Shown one piece after another: positions 38,790-52,239 of a DNA stretch of 64,000 nt. The stretch is from Octopus sinensis (Eukaryota). Made by a program: the position numbers and the translations under genes. The notes under the pieces were generated by a model. That model was not told the DNA's origin and made no database searches. It saw only the letters and a list, made by a program, of their open reading frames with translations. Position 1 is the stretch's first letter. Every line of letters begins with the position of its first letter. The stretch spans positions 75,764,001 to 75,828,000 of the forward strand of contig NC_042999.1 in the NCBI RefSeq assembly GCF_006345805.1. Direction: 5' to 3'.

Positions 38790-39656
38790 TATTGTGGCAT
38801 AAAGCCAGTAATTTTACGTATGGAGAGGGCACATTGACGCCGCCCCCACTTGTATTTATTTCAACAACTCCGAATGAATAAAAGACTAAGTCGACGGTAT
38901 TTCAAATCAGAACATAAAGCAGGAAGAAACGCCATTAAGCAATTTGTCCGACGCGCTAAGGATTTTATCAACTTTCCACCTGTAAACGAGAATGCTTATA
39001 TGCACCACAAAACCCCAACATCCATTTTAAGAGGAAGATAAATATTACCCTTTGGTGTTAGTAATGCTTCTGTCACCATTAATTTTTTAAAAATAATTCT
39101 TTATATTTTTGTTACAAAGCCAGCAATTCTAAGGTGAAGGAGCAAGTTCATTACATCGTGTCCCGTACTTGTCTGGTAGTATATTTTATCTACCTCGAAA
39201 GTATGAATGGTATAGTTGACTGTGGTGTCATTTGAACTCGGAACGTGAAAAGCTGGAAAAAAATGCCACGAAGCGTTTTGTTCAATGTGCTAAACGACGC
39301 TACCAGCTTACTTCCTTAACAACAGCAGCAGCAACAACAACAATAATAATTTCTTTTATTGGCCACAAGGGCTCAAGACATGGAGGACAATATCGAAGGA
39401 CGAGTTACAGTACAAAAAAAATTACAAAAAACATGTGGGGTTAATATCAATCAAATGGGGATACTACCATATTAAAGGATATAACAGAGGATATATAATA
39501 GAAAGCAGAGAAATAAATAATGAATAAATAGAATCGGCCCCAAAAGGATGAAAGGCAAAGTCGACCTCGGCAGAATTTGAACTCAGAATGAAAGGATGGG
39601 TGAAATGCTGCTAAGCATTTTGCCTGGCGTGCTAACGTTTCTGCCAGCTCGCTGCC

Positions 39657-39658
<2 letters not shown>
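38790..39658 (-). mobile_element. Cluster of decayed family A SINEs
   Basis: About three reverse-complement head/body matches, each next to AAT/AAC repeats. Confidence 0.6.
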
Positions 39659-39692
<34 letters not shown>

Positions 39693-40908
39693 GTAATAAT
39701 AATAATAACAATAATAATAATAACAATAATAACAATAATAATAACAACAACAACAACAACAACAATAATGATAATAATAACAATAATAATAATAGTAATA
39801 ATAATGATAATGATAATAACTAGCTGGACCCGTGAAAAATTCACGGACAACAAAAAATGTAAGCATCTGTAAACAGTGTACTGGTGCCATGAGAAATGTT
39901 TGTATATTATGACCGTCTTTCTTTATGTTCTGAGTTCAAATTCTGCCGAGATCGACTTTGCCTTTCGTCCTTTCGGGGTCTATAAATTAAGTATCAGTTG
40001 TGTACTAGGTTGATCTAATCTACTGGCCCCCTCCCCACAAAAAAATCAGGCCTAGAAAAGTATATTGTGACAGTTACAGAATATAGAAAGTAATGTAAAA
40101 GCAATAACTATAACATCCAACCAAAATATCTCAGTTACAACAACATAAACGGAATTACTATTTAACCTTAAAATACATCGTACATATTCAAAGAACCTTA
40201 ATGTATAAATTGAAATGCAAAATAACGAAATAATAAATGGATTTATGAATGAAAATTTAGTAATTGCGTTTATTTCCACCACGCGACATTTATTATTGCA
40301 AACATGTTTTAACTAACCTAAACTATACACACACACAAATACATTCATATACATATGTCTCGAGTTTTAGCTGTAATTACATGACCGGCCTCGTCATATT
40401 CTGTGTGAGACTGAATCTCTCCGAGAACTACATTAATGTTATACATGTCTGTGGAGTACTCAGCCATTTGTGAGTTAATTTTATCCACGTGTGGTAATGA
40501 AAAGTGAAATTGTCATCCAATATTTGCTGTGTATATGTATCTATGTATGAAATTTTCTTTGGATTTATGTATCTACTGTCTCTCTCTCTCTCTCACTTTC
40601 TCTCTTTCACTTTCCCTTCTTTGTGTCCCTCTTCTCTTCCTCTTTTGATTTAACCATGTATAAATGTATCAATATATCTACTTCTCTTGCGATGTGATAA
40701 ACATTTAAAAACACAAAACGAACGCCGTCACCACTCACTGTCACTTTCTCTTTCTCTCTCACTTTCTCTCGCTCTTTCTCCCTGACGTCCTCTCTGAAAC
40801 ATTTAAAACACAAAAAGAACACTGTCACCATTCACTTTCTCTTTCACTCAACAAGGTACGTACAACAGGTACGTACAAAAACAAAAAGATAGCGTATTAA
40901 TATTATTG

Positions 40909-40946
<38 letters not shown>

Positions 40947-40969
40947 TAATAATAATAATAATAATAATC

Positions 40970-41574
40970 CTTCCTACTAAAGGCAAAAGGCCTGAAATTT
41001 GGGGAAAGTGGACTAATCGATTACATCCAACATAATGTTTCACTGGTACTTAATCTATCGACTCCGAAACGCTGAAAGGCAAAGTCCACCTCGGCGGAAT
41101 TTGGACCAAAATGTAACAACAGAGGAAATACTGCTAAGGCAATTTGTCCAGCGAGCAAACGATTCTTCCAGCTCACCGTCTTATAATAATGGCTTCAAAT
41201 TTTGCCACAAAGGTAGCAATTTTGGTGGGAGGGGATAAGTCGATTACATCGACCCCAGTTTTCCGCAGACACCTAATTTATCGACCCGAAAGGGTGAAAG
41301 GCAAAATCGACCTCGGCGGATTTTGAACTCAGAATGTAGCGACGGGCGAAATACCTATTTCTTTACTACCCACAAGGGGCTAAACACAGAGAGGACAAAC
41401 AAGGACAGACAAAGGGATTAAATCGATTACATCGACCCCAGTGCGTAACTGGCACTTATTTAATCGACCCCGAAAGGATGAAAGGCAAAGTCGACCTCGG
41501 CGGAATTTGAACTCAGAACGTAGCGGCAGACGAAATACCGCTAAGCGTGCTAACAATACTGCCAGCTCACTGAC

Positions 41575-41577
<3 letters not shown>
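40970..41577 (-). mobile_element. Family A SINEs including a tandem dimer-like copy
   Basis: 41200-41577 mirrors the dimeric structure of 1029-1440. Confidence 0.8.
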
Positions 41578-41626
<49 letters not shown>

Positions 41627-41941
41627 CAACAACAACAACAACAACACAACACGACGACGAAGAGGATGATGATAATGATGATGAGGATGATGATGATGAT
41701 GATGATGATTTCTTTAGTGGGTACAAGGACTGAAATTAGCTATAAGAAGATATGTTATCCAAAACGACAGCTGCATTATACAATAATGACATCAACGATA
41801 ATAAAAACGATAAGAACACAATATGGAACTGGCGACAACAAAGTAAAAGAAAAAATAGAAAGCACGCGCAGAAGCAGCAAGAGCAATATTATCAACAAAC
41901 ACAACAACAACAACAGCAACATCAACAACAGCAATAACAAT

Positions 41942-41972
<31 letters not shown>

Positions 41973-42260
41973 TTTGCAACAGCAACAACAGAAAGAGCGG
42001 TTAAATTAGCATCAATAATAACAATAGCAAGGAGGACAATAAACATAAAAATTGGTATAAAGCGAAACATGCAAAATAGCAACAACATCAGCAACAACGA
42101 GAGAGAACACTAAGAAGTAGACCAACAACAACAATAACAACAACAACAAAATCAGCAAATGAAAAGAATGAAAAGAATAGGATCAAAAGAATAAAAATAA
42201 AATAAATATTAAAAAAAATATAAGTATAATAAAAAAATATGTGAATGGAAAGAAGCTCAC

Positions 42261-42600
42261 CTTTCCCTTGTCCTAGTTTCTCAGTAATCAGGGTACTCGC
42301 CTTGGTACTAAACACGGCGGCATTTTTCACAAACGCTTCTTTGAAGACTTCATAACCGTTGAAGAAAATCAGAAGTTTATTACCAACGTAGATACTGAAT
42401 ATATCACCATATTGTCGCTGGAGACTTGCTAGTACATCACCCGGATGCGTTCCCGTGAACAGCGCTGTGCTACCCAAAATTGGGATGCGAACCGGCCCTG
42501 GAGGAATGCCCTTTGGTCGTCTCATTAGCATCCAAATGAGAACTCCGGTAAGGATAAAGATAAAAAAGCTAACGACATCCTCAACAGATTGATACCACAT
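42261..42600 (-). CDS. Cytochrome P450 (CYP2 clan-like), coding exon 1
   Basis: MWYQSVEDVVSFFIFILTGVLIWMLM (membrane anchor), RRPKGIPPGPVRIPILGS (basic + proline-rich hinge), then YGDIFSIYVG...GYEVFKEAFVK...LGQGK. Ends at AAAG|gtgag donor, 340 nt, phase 1. Confidence 0.92.
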
Positions 42601-43229
42601 GAGGAATGATATTATAAAAGAAAGAAAAACACAGAACAAGATGAAAAAACAAAAAAGGACACAACTACTGCACCACACTACACGGTGACTGATGTCTAAT
42701 ATTTAGTCAATGTATTTGTTGCGAGTGTATGTGTAAGCTCTGTGTGTGTTTGTGTGTGCGTGTGAGTTTTCCGGGTTAGAATTTCAAATTTAATTTAAGT
42801 TTGCTTCAAGTGAAAGTACTCTCTTCCCGGGCGCACATGCACAAGCATAAATATGTATATATTATGAGAGAAAGAGAAATATATGCATATCTACCTATCT
42901 CTCTCTCTATATATATATATATGTATATATACACATACATACATAAATACACATGCATGCAAATACACAAAGAAATTATCAGCACAAAAAAAATTTAAGC
43001 CACTTTGCACATACACATAAACAATATATATACAGAGAGAGGGGAGAGAGAGAGAGAGAGGGTGACACTCATATAGGACAAACATACACTCATGGGCCAG
43101 GGGGTTTACTAAGACAAGTTAAACTACCTATAAGTCAAAGTGCACTTATTCATAACACCCATTAACACACACACACACACAAGTACACACACACATACTT
43201 ATACACATATATGTACATGGGTAAGTGTA

Positions 43230-43287
<58 letters not shown>

Positions 43288-43963
43288 TATGTATATATGT
43301 GTATGTATGTATTTGTATATCTAAGTATACACACTCGTTCACAAGAAAATAAACATCTAAACAAAATAAAAAAAGAAAAAGAGAAAGAAGGAAGCTATAG
43401 AAGTTGTAATCTACTTTGCATAAATGACATACGTATACGGAAGTTTACAAGATACTGAAACATAAGCAGGCGTATACATATATGAAGACAAAGACACCTA
43501 CGTAGACATACACACACGCACACACACATACACACAGGTTGTATATACGTCTGCTCTAAGTTGAACGGATGAATGAAACGTTGTTTCTGGTTTGCTCGTT
43601 GGTCGGTTTTGACTTAATGACAACCGACCGTATATGATATTCGGTACTAAAGGAAAGAGATTGTGAGAGACGACTGGCTGATATTTACAGGGCACGCGGC
43701 TAAATCCTCACCTCTCAACAGGCGGCTAATTGAAGTTTGTATAGAAAAGCGAGTGGGTGAGAGAGAGAGAGAGAGAGAGGGGGGGGGAGAATAAAATAAT
43801 GAAAATAATATAAAAAGTAACAAAACAAACAAATAAATAAATAAATAAAGCACGACGAGTAGAAAAAATTACCACACAACATAACAATGAAGTGAGGAGT
43901 GAAGTTGGTGGTAGTGGTGATAGTTTTGGGGAGGGGGAGAGCGGGAAAGTGCTGGCGCTTTAT

Positions 43964-43964
43964 G

Positions 43965-44030
<66 letters not shown>

Positions 44031-44102
44031 TATACATATATATATTATATATATATACATATATATATATATACATATATAATATATATACATATAATAT
44101 AT

Positions 44103-44158
<56 letters not shown>

Positions 44159-44414
44159 TATATATATTATATATATATATATATAATATATATATACATA
44201 TATATATATATATATTATATATACATATATATATACATATATAATATATATACATATATATATTCTATATATATAATATATATATATATACATAGATATA
44301 TACATATATATTATATATGTATATTTATATATATTATATATATATATTATATATACATATATATATATACATATATATATATACATATATATTATATATG
44401 TATATTTATATATA

Positions 44415-44447
<33 letters not shown>

Positions 44448-44584
44448 CATACATATACATATATATATATATGTATACAAATATATATATGTATATATGT
44501 ATATATGTATATATATATATATACATACATACATACATATATATACATACATACATATATATACATACATACATACATACATAT

Positions 44585-44617
<33 letters not shown>

Positions 44618-44635
44618 TATATACACACACACACA

Positions 44636-44671
<36 letters not shown>

Positions 44672-44705
44672 TACTTATCACACACACGCGTACACACACA
44701 CATAC
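43964..44705. repeat. Long (TA)n/(TACA)n microsatellite
   Basis: Direct inspection. Confidence 0.95.
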
Positions 44706-45115
44706 ACTGACACAGTGTGTGTGTGTATGGAAGATTGCATGTATAATATTATGTGTGAATGTGTTTGAGTGTTAATGACCGTTTGTAGGGGTGTCAAAAT
44801 CAGCGAAGAAAAGAAACTAACGGTTTCAAATACGATCCAGATACCATAGTAGTACTGTATTTTATTTGTATTTTTATTTTGACTGTTTATATATGTTTTC
44901 ATTTTCCGTTTCTCTTTTTTTCACATATACAGACATACACTCACGCACATTTATACATTCATGCATTCACATACAGATAAGTATGCTTACATGCATATTT
45001 TTACGAACTGTTTTCGTATTCAACTACACAGAAATATTTTTACAAATGTATACGCATATACATACATATCTTCACGAACTCATTCACCCACTCTCTCTCT
45101 CTCTCTCCCTCTCCC

Positions 45116-45164
<49 letters not shown>

Positions 45165-45519
45165 AACAGAGACTTACGTTCAGATAAAAGTACGCACACG
45201 CATGTACATGCTCATCTCGCAACCTCAGTATTGTACTTATGCTATAAATATGTGTGAGAGAGGGGGGAGAGGGGGAGAGATGGAGAGAAAGAGAGGGAGA
45301 GAGAGAGGATGCAATGAGTGATTGCATGTGTGAATGGTTGGTTTTGCATTGTTCCTCTCTTTTATAATATTTGTATTTTTACTCACACCCACTTAAAATT
45401 TCGGGCTTTTTGCCTGAATTAGAAACCATTATATATGTATTAATTAATTTATTTAGATGTGCTTTTCTTTAATGATTAATACCCCCCCCCCCCAAAAAAA
45501 AAACCCAAAAAAATTCCAT

Positions 45520-47060
45520 GATAAATCCGATGTGATACGATCGGATTTGGCGTGATATGATGTATTAACTAAAACAACATAAGTTATTTCGCTGTTTCTG
45601 GTCTTCCATTTTGAGCATGTATATTCTATTGCGTATACCATGTTCCATGAGGGTTATCTATACACAACATATATCGTTGAGTAGTGCGTTGTTTTATGTA
45701 TTTTGTAATCTACTGTAATTTGTCCTGGAGAGATTAGAGGATCGTATAATCCATTATAGATTTACTGTATTGTTTGTATATCCTTGATGTTTCTTTCTGT
45801 TGACAACATTTAGTACGTAAGATTCTCTTAAACATCTGTGCATTGTTTTGCTCCCTTTACTATACCTTCAATGTCAGGAATATTGTGAAGATATTGCATC
45901 CTCTTGGTGTGTTTGTGGTATTCTTATGTTGTTCAGTGTGACGGTTGCTTGTATATGAAGTTTTATGGCCTTCCCAATGAGAAAGAAAGAGGATTTGACA
46001 ACTGCTATATTGAGTCTGTTGTTACGGAGATAAGATCTATGTATTTTCCATAGAACTAGAGTCGTAGTTCTCCTGCAATGTCTGAAGAATAGTAAGATGA
46101 TGTGAGTGATGTTATCTGCATATGAGACTCTTTTACTTGTTTCTGTTATTTGACTGTGGCCATAGTGGAGCACCGCCTTTAGTCGAGCAAATTGACCCCA
46201 GGAATTATTCTTTGTAAGCCCACTACTTATTCTAGCGGTCTCTTTTACCGAACCGCTAAGTTACGGGGACGTAAACACACCAGCATGCTGGGGAACAAAC
46301 ACAGACACACAAACATATACACACACACACAAACATATATATATATACATATATACGATGGGCTTCTTTCAGTTTCCGCCGACCAAATCCACTCACAATG
46401 CTTTGGTCGACCCGAGGCTATAGTAAAAGACACTTGCACAAGGTGCTACGTAGTGTGACTGAACCCGGAACCATGTGGTTTGTGGAAATGTGAGGTCGAG
46501 TAAAAATAAACTGAAAGTAATGGATGAGAATACAGATCTTTGTAGTAGTCCAAGGATATTGCAAGCTTCGAAAATGTTGTTCTTGTACACTATATAAACT
46601 TAGCAACCTGACAAGTAGTTTGTGAGTCTAAATATGTTTGTACATTAGGGTGCTAGACCTAATACGGTCGCCTTTAGTATTACTCATTTTTGCAAGCTGA
46701 AGCTTCGAGAGCATGAATCTAACAACTTTTCATAATTTTTCTCATAAAATGTATACCTTGATTATATTTACTCCCCCTACAACGAAAGTAAAAGGCTAGC
46801 AAGACTTAACAGTTTGATAAGGCTTTAGAGTCCGTAACATGGTTTCTGTTCCTGCTTAGAACCGTTTGATCTCTCACATCGCCAAGGGATTTGATATACC
46901 CGTAAAAATTACAGAATTTCTTTTATAATTGTTAATAGAAATCTATGGTCTTCAATTTAAAAAAAGTTATAAATTTTAACAAAAGAGCTGTTAATTGTTC
47001 AATGAAACAACAGATTGAGACTGCATGTATTACTGTGCGGTAGAAGTTGAGTAGAATTCT
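45520..47060 (-). mobile_element. Decayed LINE RT fragment interrupted by a family C SINE (46128-46480)
   Basis: Minus strand SYADNIT (YADD-like motif) at ~46110 with RT-like flanks. The SINE body matches 21173-21620. Confidence 0.55.
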
Positions 47061-47244
47061 CTCAGGCTTATCTTTGCATTTCAATCTTCAGAGGTCGGTG
47101 ACATAACTATTAGTCGAGCACTGATATGGACCTAATCGATTATACACTTCCTCGAATTGTGTAGATTTGTACTTATAATTATTATTATTGAGTGAGAGAG
47201 TAACGCATGCCATCAAAGTAATATTGGAGTAAAATATACGAAGC

Positions 47245-47755
47245 CCAGTATACCCATCATGACTACCCGTCTGATAAAGGCACACAAGGCACATCCATCA
47301 TAACCATATGGGCGCGACATGGTGATCTCATATCTAGATAAACAACGCATGACCTTGCAGGTGGGGCCCAGTTAGAATTTTCTTCTGGTCGAGTAGACCA
47401 TCCCGCTCAAAAGGACCCTGAATAAGAATTTTTTAAAGAATGTTGAAAGAAACACTCATATTTCCAAAGGTGAATTATCCAAACCCCAAAGAATTCCTCT
47501 CAACACATGGTTATGATGCTCCTACACTACTTCTACTCGTGATCAGAGATGCACATATTGTCAGCCACTAAGGGACATGCTCAACTGGTTTAGATCAAAC
47601 ACCTGACAATCAAATCTGTGACATTGAGCATAATATTTGCTGTAGCCCATCTTTTATACCAAGTCAAAACATGTACATGGGTGTTTCTCTCACACTTCCA
47701 ATCAGTTAAGATTAGAAGCCATGAGAGTCACTGCCTGGTACTGCATCAGGGCATT
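47245..47755 (-). mobile_element. Unclassified SINE-like interspersed repeat next to (TTA)n
   Basis: Discrete GC-richer block starting at the TAA tract; head weakly resembles 5S rRNA (atcttaactgattggaag...cttggta..gatggg). Confidence 0.35.
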
Positions 47756-47778
47756 TATTATTATTATTATTATTATTA

Positions 47779-47814
<36 letters not shown>

Positions 47815-47819
47815 AGTTA

Positions 47820-48765
47820 GTGCTTGTTAATTTCGTGAACAGAAATTTTATCTTGAGTTTTTGGTGACAAGTTTCTTCACATATCAAAATTCTTTCTTAG
47901 GATCCGTGCAGAATATAGGATGGCTCTTATCTACAAGTCGACAATACGAGTCACAGTTCCCAAATCTTTCAGTCTTTTAGGTAGAATTCTGGGTGTTGTG
48001 CCAAAAAAAAAAAAAAAAACAATTACCACAAGAATAATAGTTGTCTTAATCTTCCAAAGTTTCTTCATCTTTCCAGCTGGATCTTGATATTTCTCATATT
48101 TTCCCAATTCTTTAGTACCGACTCGGGTATCATAAGGGGAATGAAAAGTCTATGATCTTACACTGTGGGTTTATTTTGTCCTGTATAATCATATCTCCTG
48201 CAATGTCTGAAGAATAGTAAGATGATGTGAGTGATGTTATCTGCATATGAGACTCTTTTACTTGTTTCTGTTATTTGACTGTGGCCATGTGGAGCACCGC
48301 CTTTAGTCGAGCAAATTGACCCCAGGAATTATTCTTTGTAAGCCCACTACTTATTCTAGCGGTCTCTTTTACCGAACCGCTAAGTTACGGGGACGTAAAC
48401 ACACCAGCATGCTTCAATAGTGTGGTTAGTCTGTATGGAGAAGTCCCACAAGATCCTGTAATCCTCGTTCACTTTCACAGTCCCTGGTTCATGTTCATAC
48501 CACTTTCCTGTTATTTCGAAGCCACGCACTCGAGTAACGTCACAATGCACACTTTTACCTACACAGTTATGCATGCGCTTATACACTTTTATCGCACTCA
48601 CTCAAGCGATGTTTGATACTTTTGTAGATACTACATTTATTGTCTGAGTATTGTTGGTCTTTGCTTTTATCAGATTTCTTCTAACGGCTTGTTTCTGAGC
48701 GGCTATAATTAACATTTTTGTTTCACGTTTCAAATTCCCGTCTATCAACCAAAGCCGGCGATTTT
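47820..48765 (-). mobile_element. Decayed R4-like RLE fragment carrying a 220-bp templated insertion
   Basis: WLIDGNLKRETKMLIIAAQKQA..YKRMHN..KWYEHEP..ILWDFSIQTNHTIEA [insert] DMIIQDK. Confidence 0.75.
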
Positions 48766-49260
48766 TACTTCCAGCTTACGAAAGAATCGAAATTCGTTAG
48801 CTTGGGCTGATCAAAGAGTTGGTGTTTGTTCTGTCTTCAGTGTCTGTATCACTACGACCTGCGAGAGCATCTGCTTGGATGTCAGACTAAATAGCCAGAA
48901 CCGTTGCACATCGCCTCTGTAGGTTTTTTGGTTGAGAATTATAGAAAGTTTTCAAACTTTGCTGATCTCACAGTATAACAAGGGATGACATTGACATTCG
49001 AAACAAGAGGCAAAGAAGAATGCGTAGCCGAACCTGTCTGAGTTACGTCGAAAAACTTTGAGAGAGCAAGGCAGAAGGCTTAGCCGCTACGCATATGATA
49101 GTAAGAACTATAAAAGCAGGAAAAAATTAGCAACAGTAGAAACAACGATAGAGTAGTTCAGAATTTGCTGTTACCAGTTTTTGATGTTTCAAAATATTAT
49201 CTTATGTACTTATCCTGCTCTTCGTCTACATATGCATATCTACACACACACACACACGTA

Positions 49261-49295
<35 letters not shown>

Positions 49296-49503
49296 TGTGT
49301 GTGTGTGTGTTTGGAAGTCTTTGTGACAATTACTTAATACAGTTTTTAAGTATAAAGGGGATTTTTAAAAGAAAATTATTTTTTAGAAAAATTTATAAAA
49401 CCTTTTATCAGGATGTTACTAACCTTTTTGGAAGAAGTTTTTTTCTTAGTGTCTTTTACCCTAGAAGATTTTTCCTATTTACTGTCGGTGACGTCTTGTG
49501 CCC

Positions 49504-49536
<33 letters not shown>

Positions 49537-49565
49537 GATATATATATATATATATGCATATATTG

Positions 49566-50190
49566 GCACAAGACGTCACCGACAGTAAATAACATGAAAT
49601 ACGAAAACAAATGAGTAAATACGCAAATAACGATAGAAAAAAATGGAAAACCGTGAAGTAATACAAAAAACGACCCTCCATCAGTTGTCGGCTGTCTATA
49701 TACTCCCCGTTTCCAGCAACAATACGAGTCTTCGAAGACAATTGCTCCCATAAATACCAAAGTAAAATTTTGGATTTATGGAGGGTCAATGCTGGGGAAA
49801 AAAAGGACAGTGGAGATATGTAGGGAAACCGAATGAAAATAAACCTGGGTCGTTAGACCTGGACGAGGGAAAAATAGTGAACGCTGAGAGAAATATTTTC
49901 TTCGAAAATAGAAAAGATGCAAAAGAGAGATATAGGAGATGTCCAGTCCTTAGAACGTCTGAGCAGGAAAGAAAGATGGAAAAGAAATATGGACGATGGT
50001 CACTTGTGCTCAACGAGAGAGAGAGAAAGAGAAAGGGGAGAGAGACGGCTAGAAACGGTGAAAGGGAGAAAAGGGAATTAGAGATGATGGAGAGAAAACA
50101 ATAGAGAGTAGAGTCACATCCAAAAAGTTAAGATAAACTTACTTGGAAATGGATGCGTGGCGTTCAATTAAATAATAATATAAATAATAT
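49566..50190. mobile_element. Unclassified (TA)n-embedded non-coding element
   Basis: Bounded by (TA)n. Its first 27 nt are an inverted copy of 49476-49502 on the other side of the TA tract. GA-rich interior like the minus strand of 13016-14019. Confidence 0.45.
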
Positions 50191-50206
50191 GTGTGAGTAT
50201 GTATAT

Positions 50207-50274
<68 letters not shown>

Positions 50275-50282
<8 letters not shown>

Positions 50283-50606
50283 AAATGAGGTAATCAGAAG
50301 ATCGGATGGTTCATGTTTATAGATATTTATTTATATATTACATTTTTTACATATATATATCATATCATTCAGATCATATCATTCAGATTATTAGCGCTTT
50401 CTCCCATTCCAGTGGGGTTTTCAAATCAAATTGATTTGATTTGAAAACCCCACAGGAATGGGAGAAAGCGCTAATAATCTGAATGATATGATATATATAT
50501 GTAAAAAATGTAATATATAAATAAATATCTATAAACATGAACCATCCGATCTTCTGATTACCTTATTTCTTCTAATATATAATACCTGTACATCATCTCC
50601 AAACCT

Positions 50607-50611
<5 letters not shown>
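50275..50611. mobile_element. Palindromic non-autonomous Penelope-like element in (TA)n
   Basis: 50275-~50429 is a near-perfect inverted repeat of ~50432-50575, with a ~35-nt extra tail on the right. (TA)n on both sides. Confidence 0.75.
50433..50479 (+). ncRNA. Minimal type I hammerhead-like motif, U3-A8 core (inverted copy at ~50386-50429, minus)
   Basis: GAUU(UG)AU-[UUGAAAA]-cCCCA caggaa UGGGa-[GAAA]-GCGC-UA^-AUAAUC. Palindromic stem III AGCGCU. The stem II closing pair is a C.A mismatch and stem I is bulged. Confidence 0.5.
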
Positions 50612-50671
<60 letters not shown>

Positions 50672-51453
50672 TTATATTCTTAATCAGAGAGAAGTGTTGT
50701 AACCAATTAATGTATTTAGTTTCGTGTCTATTATATCACTTATGCTCTTCCTTGTCCAACTAATGCACTCCGGGGGAATGCATCTACATCCCAATATACG
50801 ATATGCAATCTTCTAAATTATGCAGGATTTTGTTTCCAGTCAAAGAGAAAGTAATATTTCATGTGAACCTAGACAAAATGAGATAATGGAACACACACAC
50901 ACACACAGAGGGGAGGGGAAGAAATGTACGATGGACAACGTAAGTTGTGGTATTTGGTTAATTCCCTCCATGTTATGTGTTCAAATGCAGGCCAAGTTGA
51001 CTTATGCCTTTCAGTCACCCGAGATCAATAAAATAAGAACCACTCAAGTATTGGAGGCAACAGAATCCATTATATTCGTGAAGATAATATCCCAGTATGG
51101 CTACACTTCAATCACAGCGGCTAATAAAAGACAGACAGACAGACAGACAGATAGATAGATAGATAGATAGATAGCCAGACAGACAAATAGTAGTTGAGGT
51201 GGTGGGAAACGTGTATAAGTAAGTTAGGATGTTAATAGGAATGCTCTTGTGTATGGGAGGACTAGGAATAACAATAACAGTATACGCGCGCGCGCGTGCG
51301 GTGGGCATGCGAATATTTCTTTTGTATGCCAAGCTAATATCCACGTGATATCTAGCATAATCGAGGCTTTTGTTTTTGTTGCTTTTCATTTGTAGACTTT
51401 TTGTCATACAGGAACACACACATACATTTGTGTGCATCTGTGTGTGGTCTCTT

Positions 51454-51532
<79 letters not shown>

Positions 51533-51584
51533 ACATACATAAATACATACTCACACATATATGTATGTATATACATTTATGTAG

Positions 51585-52235
51585 GGGCGCCGAACACGGA
51601 CAGGCATTCTCATCACCACATAACTGCTTTACCGAAAATATATGCGTCTTTGAATCTAAAATCCGCGACCTGTTCACTGACAAAGTCCGTGCTGCATCTA
51701 AAATGCTTATAAAATGCTTATGTAATATTGTATTATTTATTTACAAAATAAATATGAATATTTAAAAAAATTGTCAACTTTTATAATATTCACTAACCTA
51801 TCGGGCGGCTTTTAAGCCAGTATATAGATTTTAAGCAACTGACCCCGAATGGGAAGATCTGCAAACAGATCTCTGACTTGTTTTGGAGAATTTGTTGCAA
51901 TTGCTTCCTCCAGAATCCTATTCCATTGATCATTTTCGTCGCAAAGAATCAGGTAAAACAAAAAAAAAATCGCCGAAAACAATCGCAGTAATATAAACAT
52001 AAGTATCCAAAATTTCAGGATTGCAGTTCCGGATTCGGCCCAGAATGTTTTTAATTTATTCACGGAGTTAGCCATTGGATTATAAAAATTGTTATTGTAC
52101 AAAAATATTTGTCGTAAACAGTCACGTAAAAAAATCGCCGAAAGCAATCCCAGTAAGGAAAACTTGGGAATCCAAAATTTCGGAAAAAGAAGAAAAAAGG
52201 GAGTGGTTGTATATGGCGATGAATGTGTCGAATGG
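51585..52235 (-). mobile_element. Helitron Rep/helicase relic
   Basis: DENDQWNRILEEAIATNSPKQVRDLFA matches the Helitron inter-domain motif. LDSKTHIFSVKQL..ACPC resembles a degenerate FSHGQLYVACSR helicase end. Confidence 0.6.
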
Positions 52236-52239
52236 GTGG

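Larger units (their letters stand above)
12096..42260 (-). other. Intron 1 of the P450 gene (30,165 bp, GT-AG)
   Basis: Phase-compatible donor and acceptor. The protein reads continuously as GQGK-G-IVSTNG with no missing P450 segment. Confidence 0.8.

Noticed and set aside
43869-44775. Long [12 protein letters not shown] ORFs here and at 5077-5666, 7681-8158, 10947-11513, 22464-22788
   Set aside because: Translations of (TA)n, (CA)n and (TACA)n repeats.
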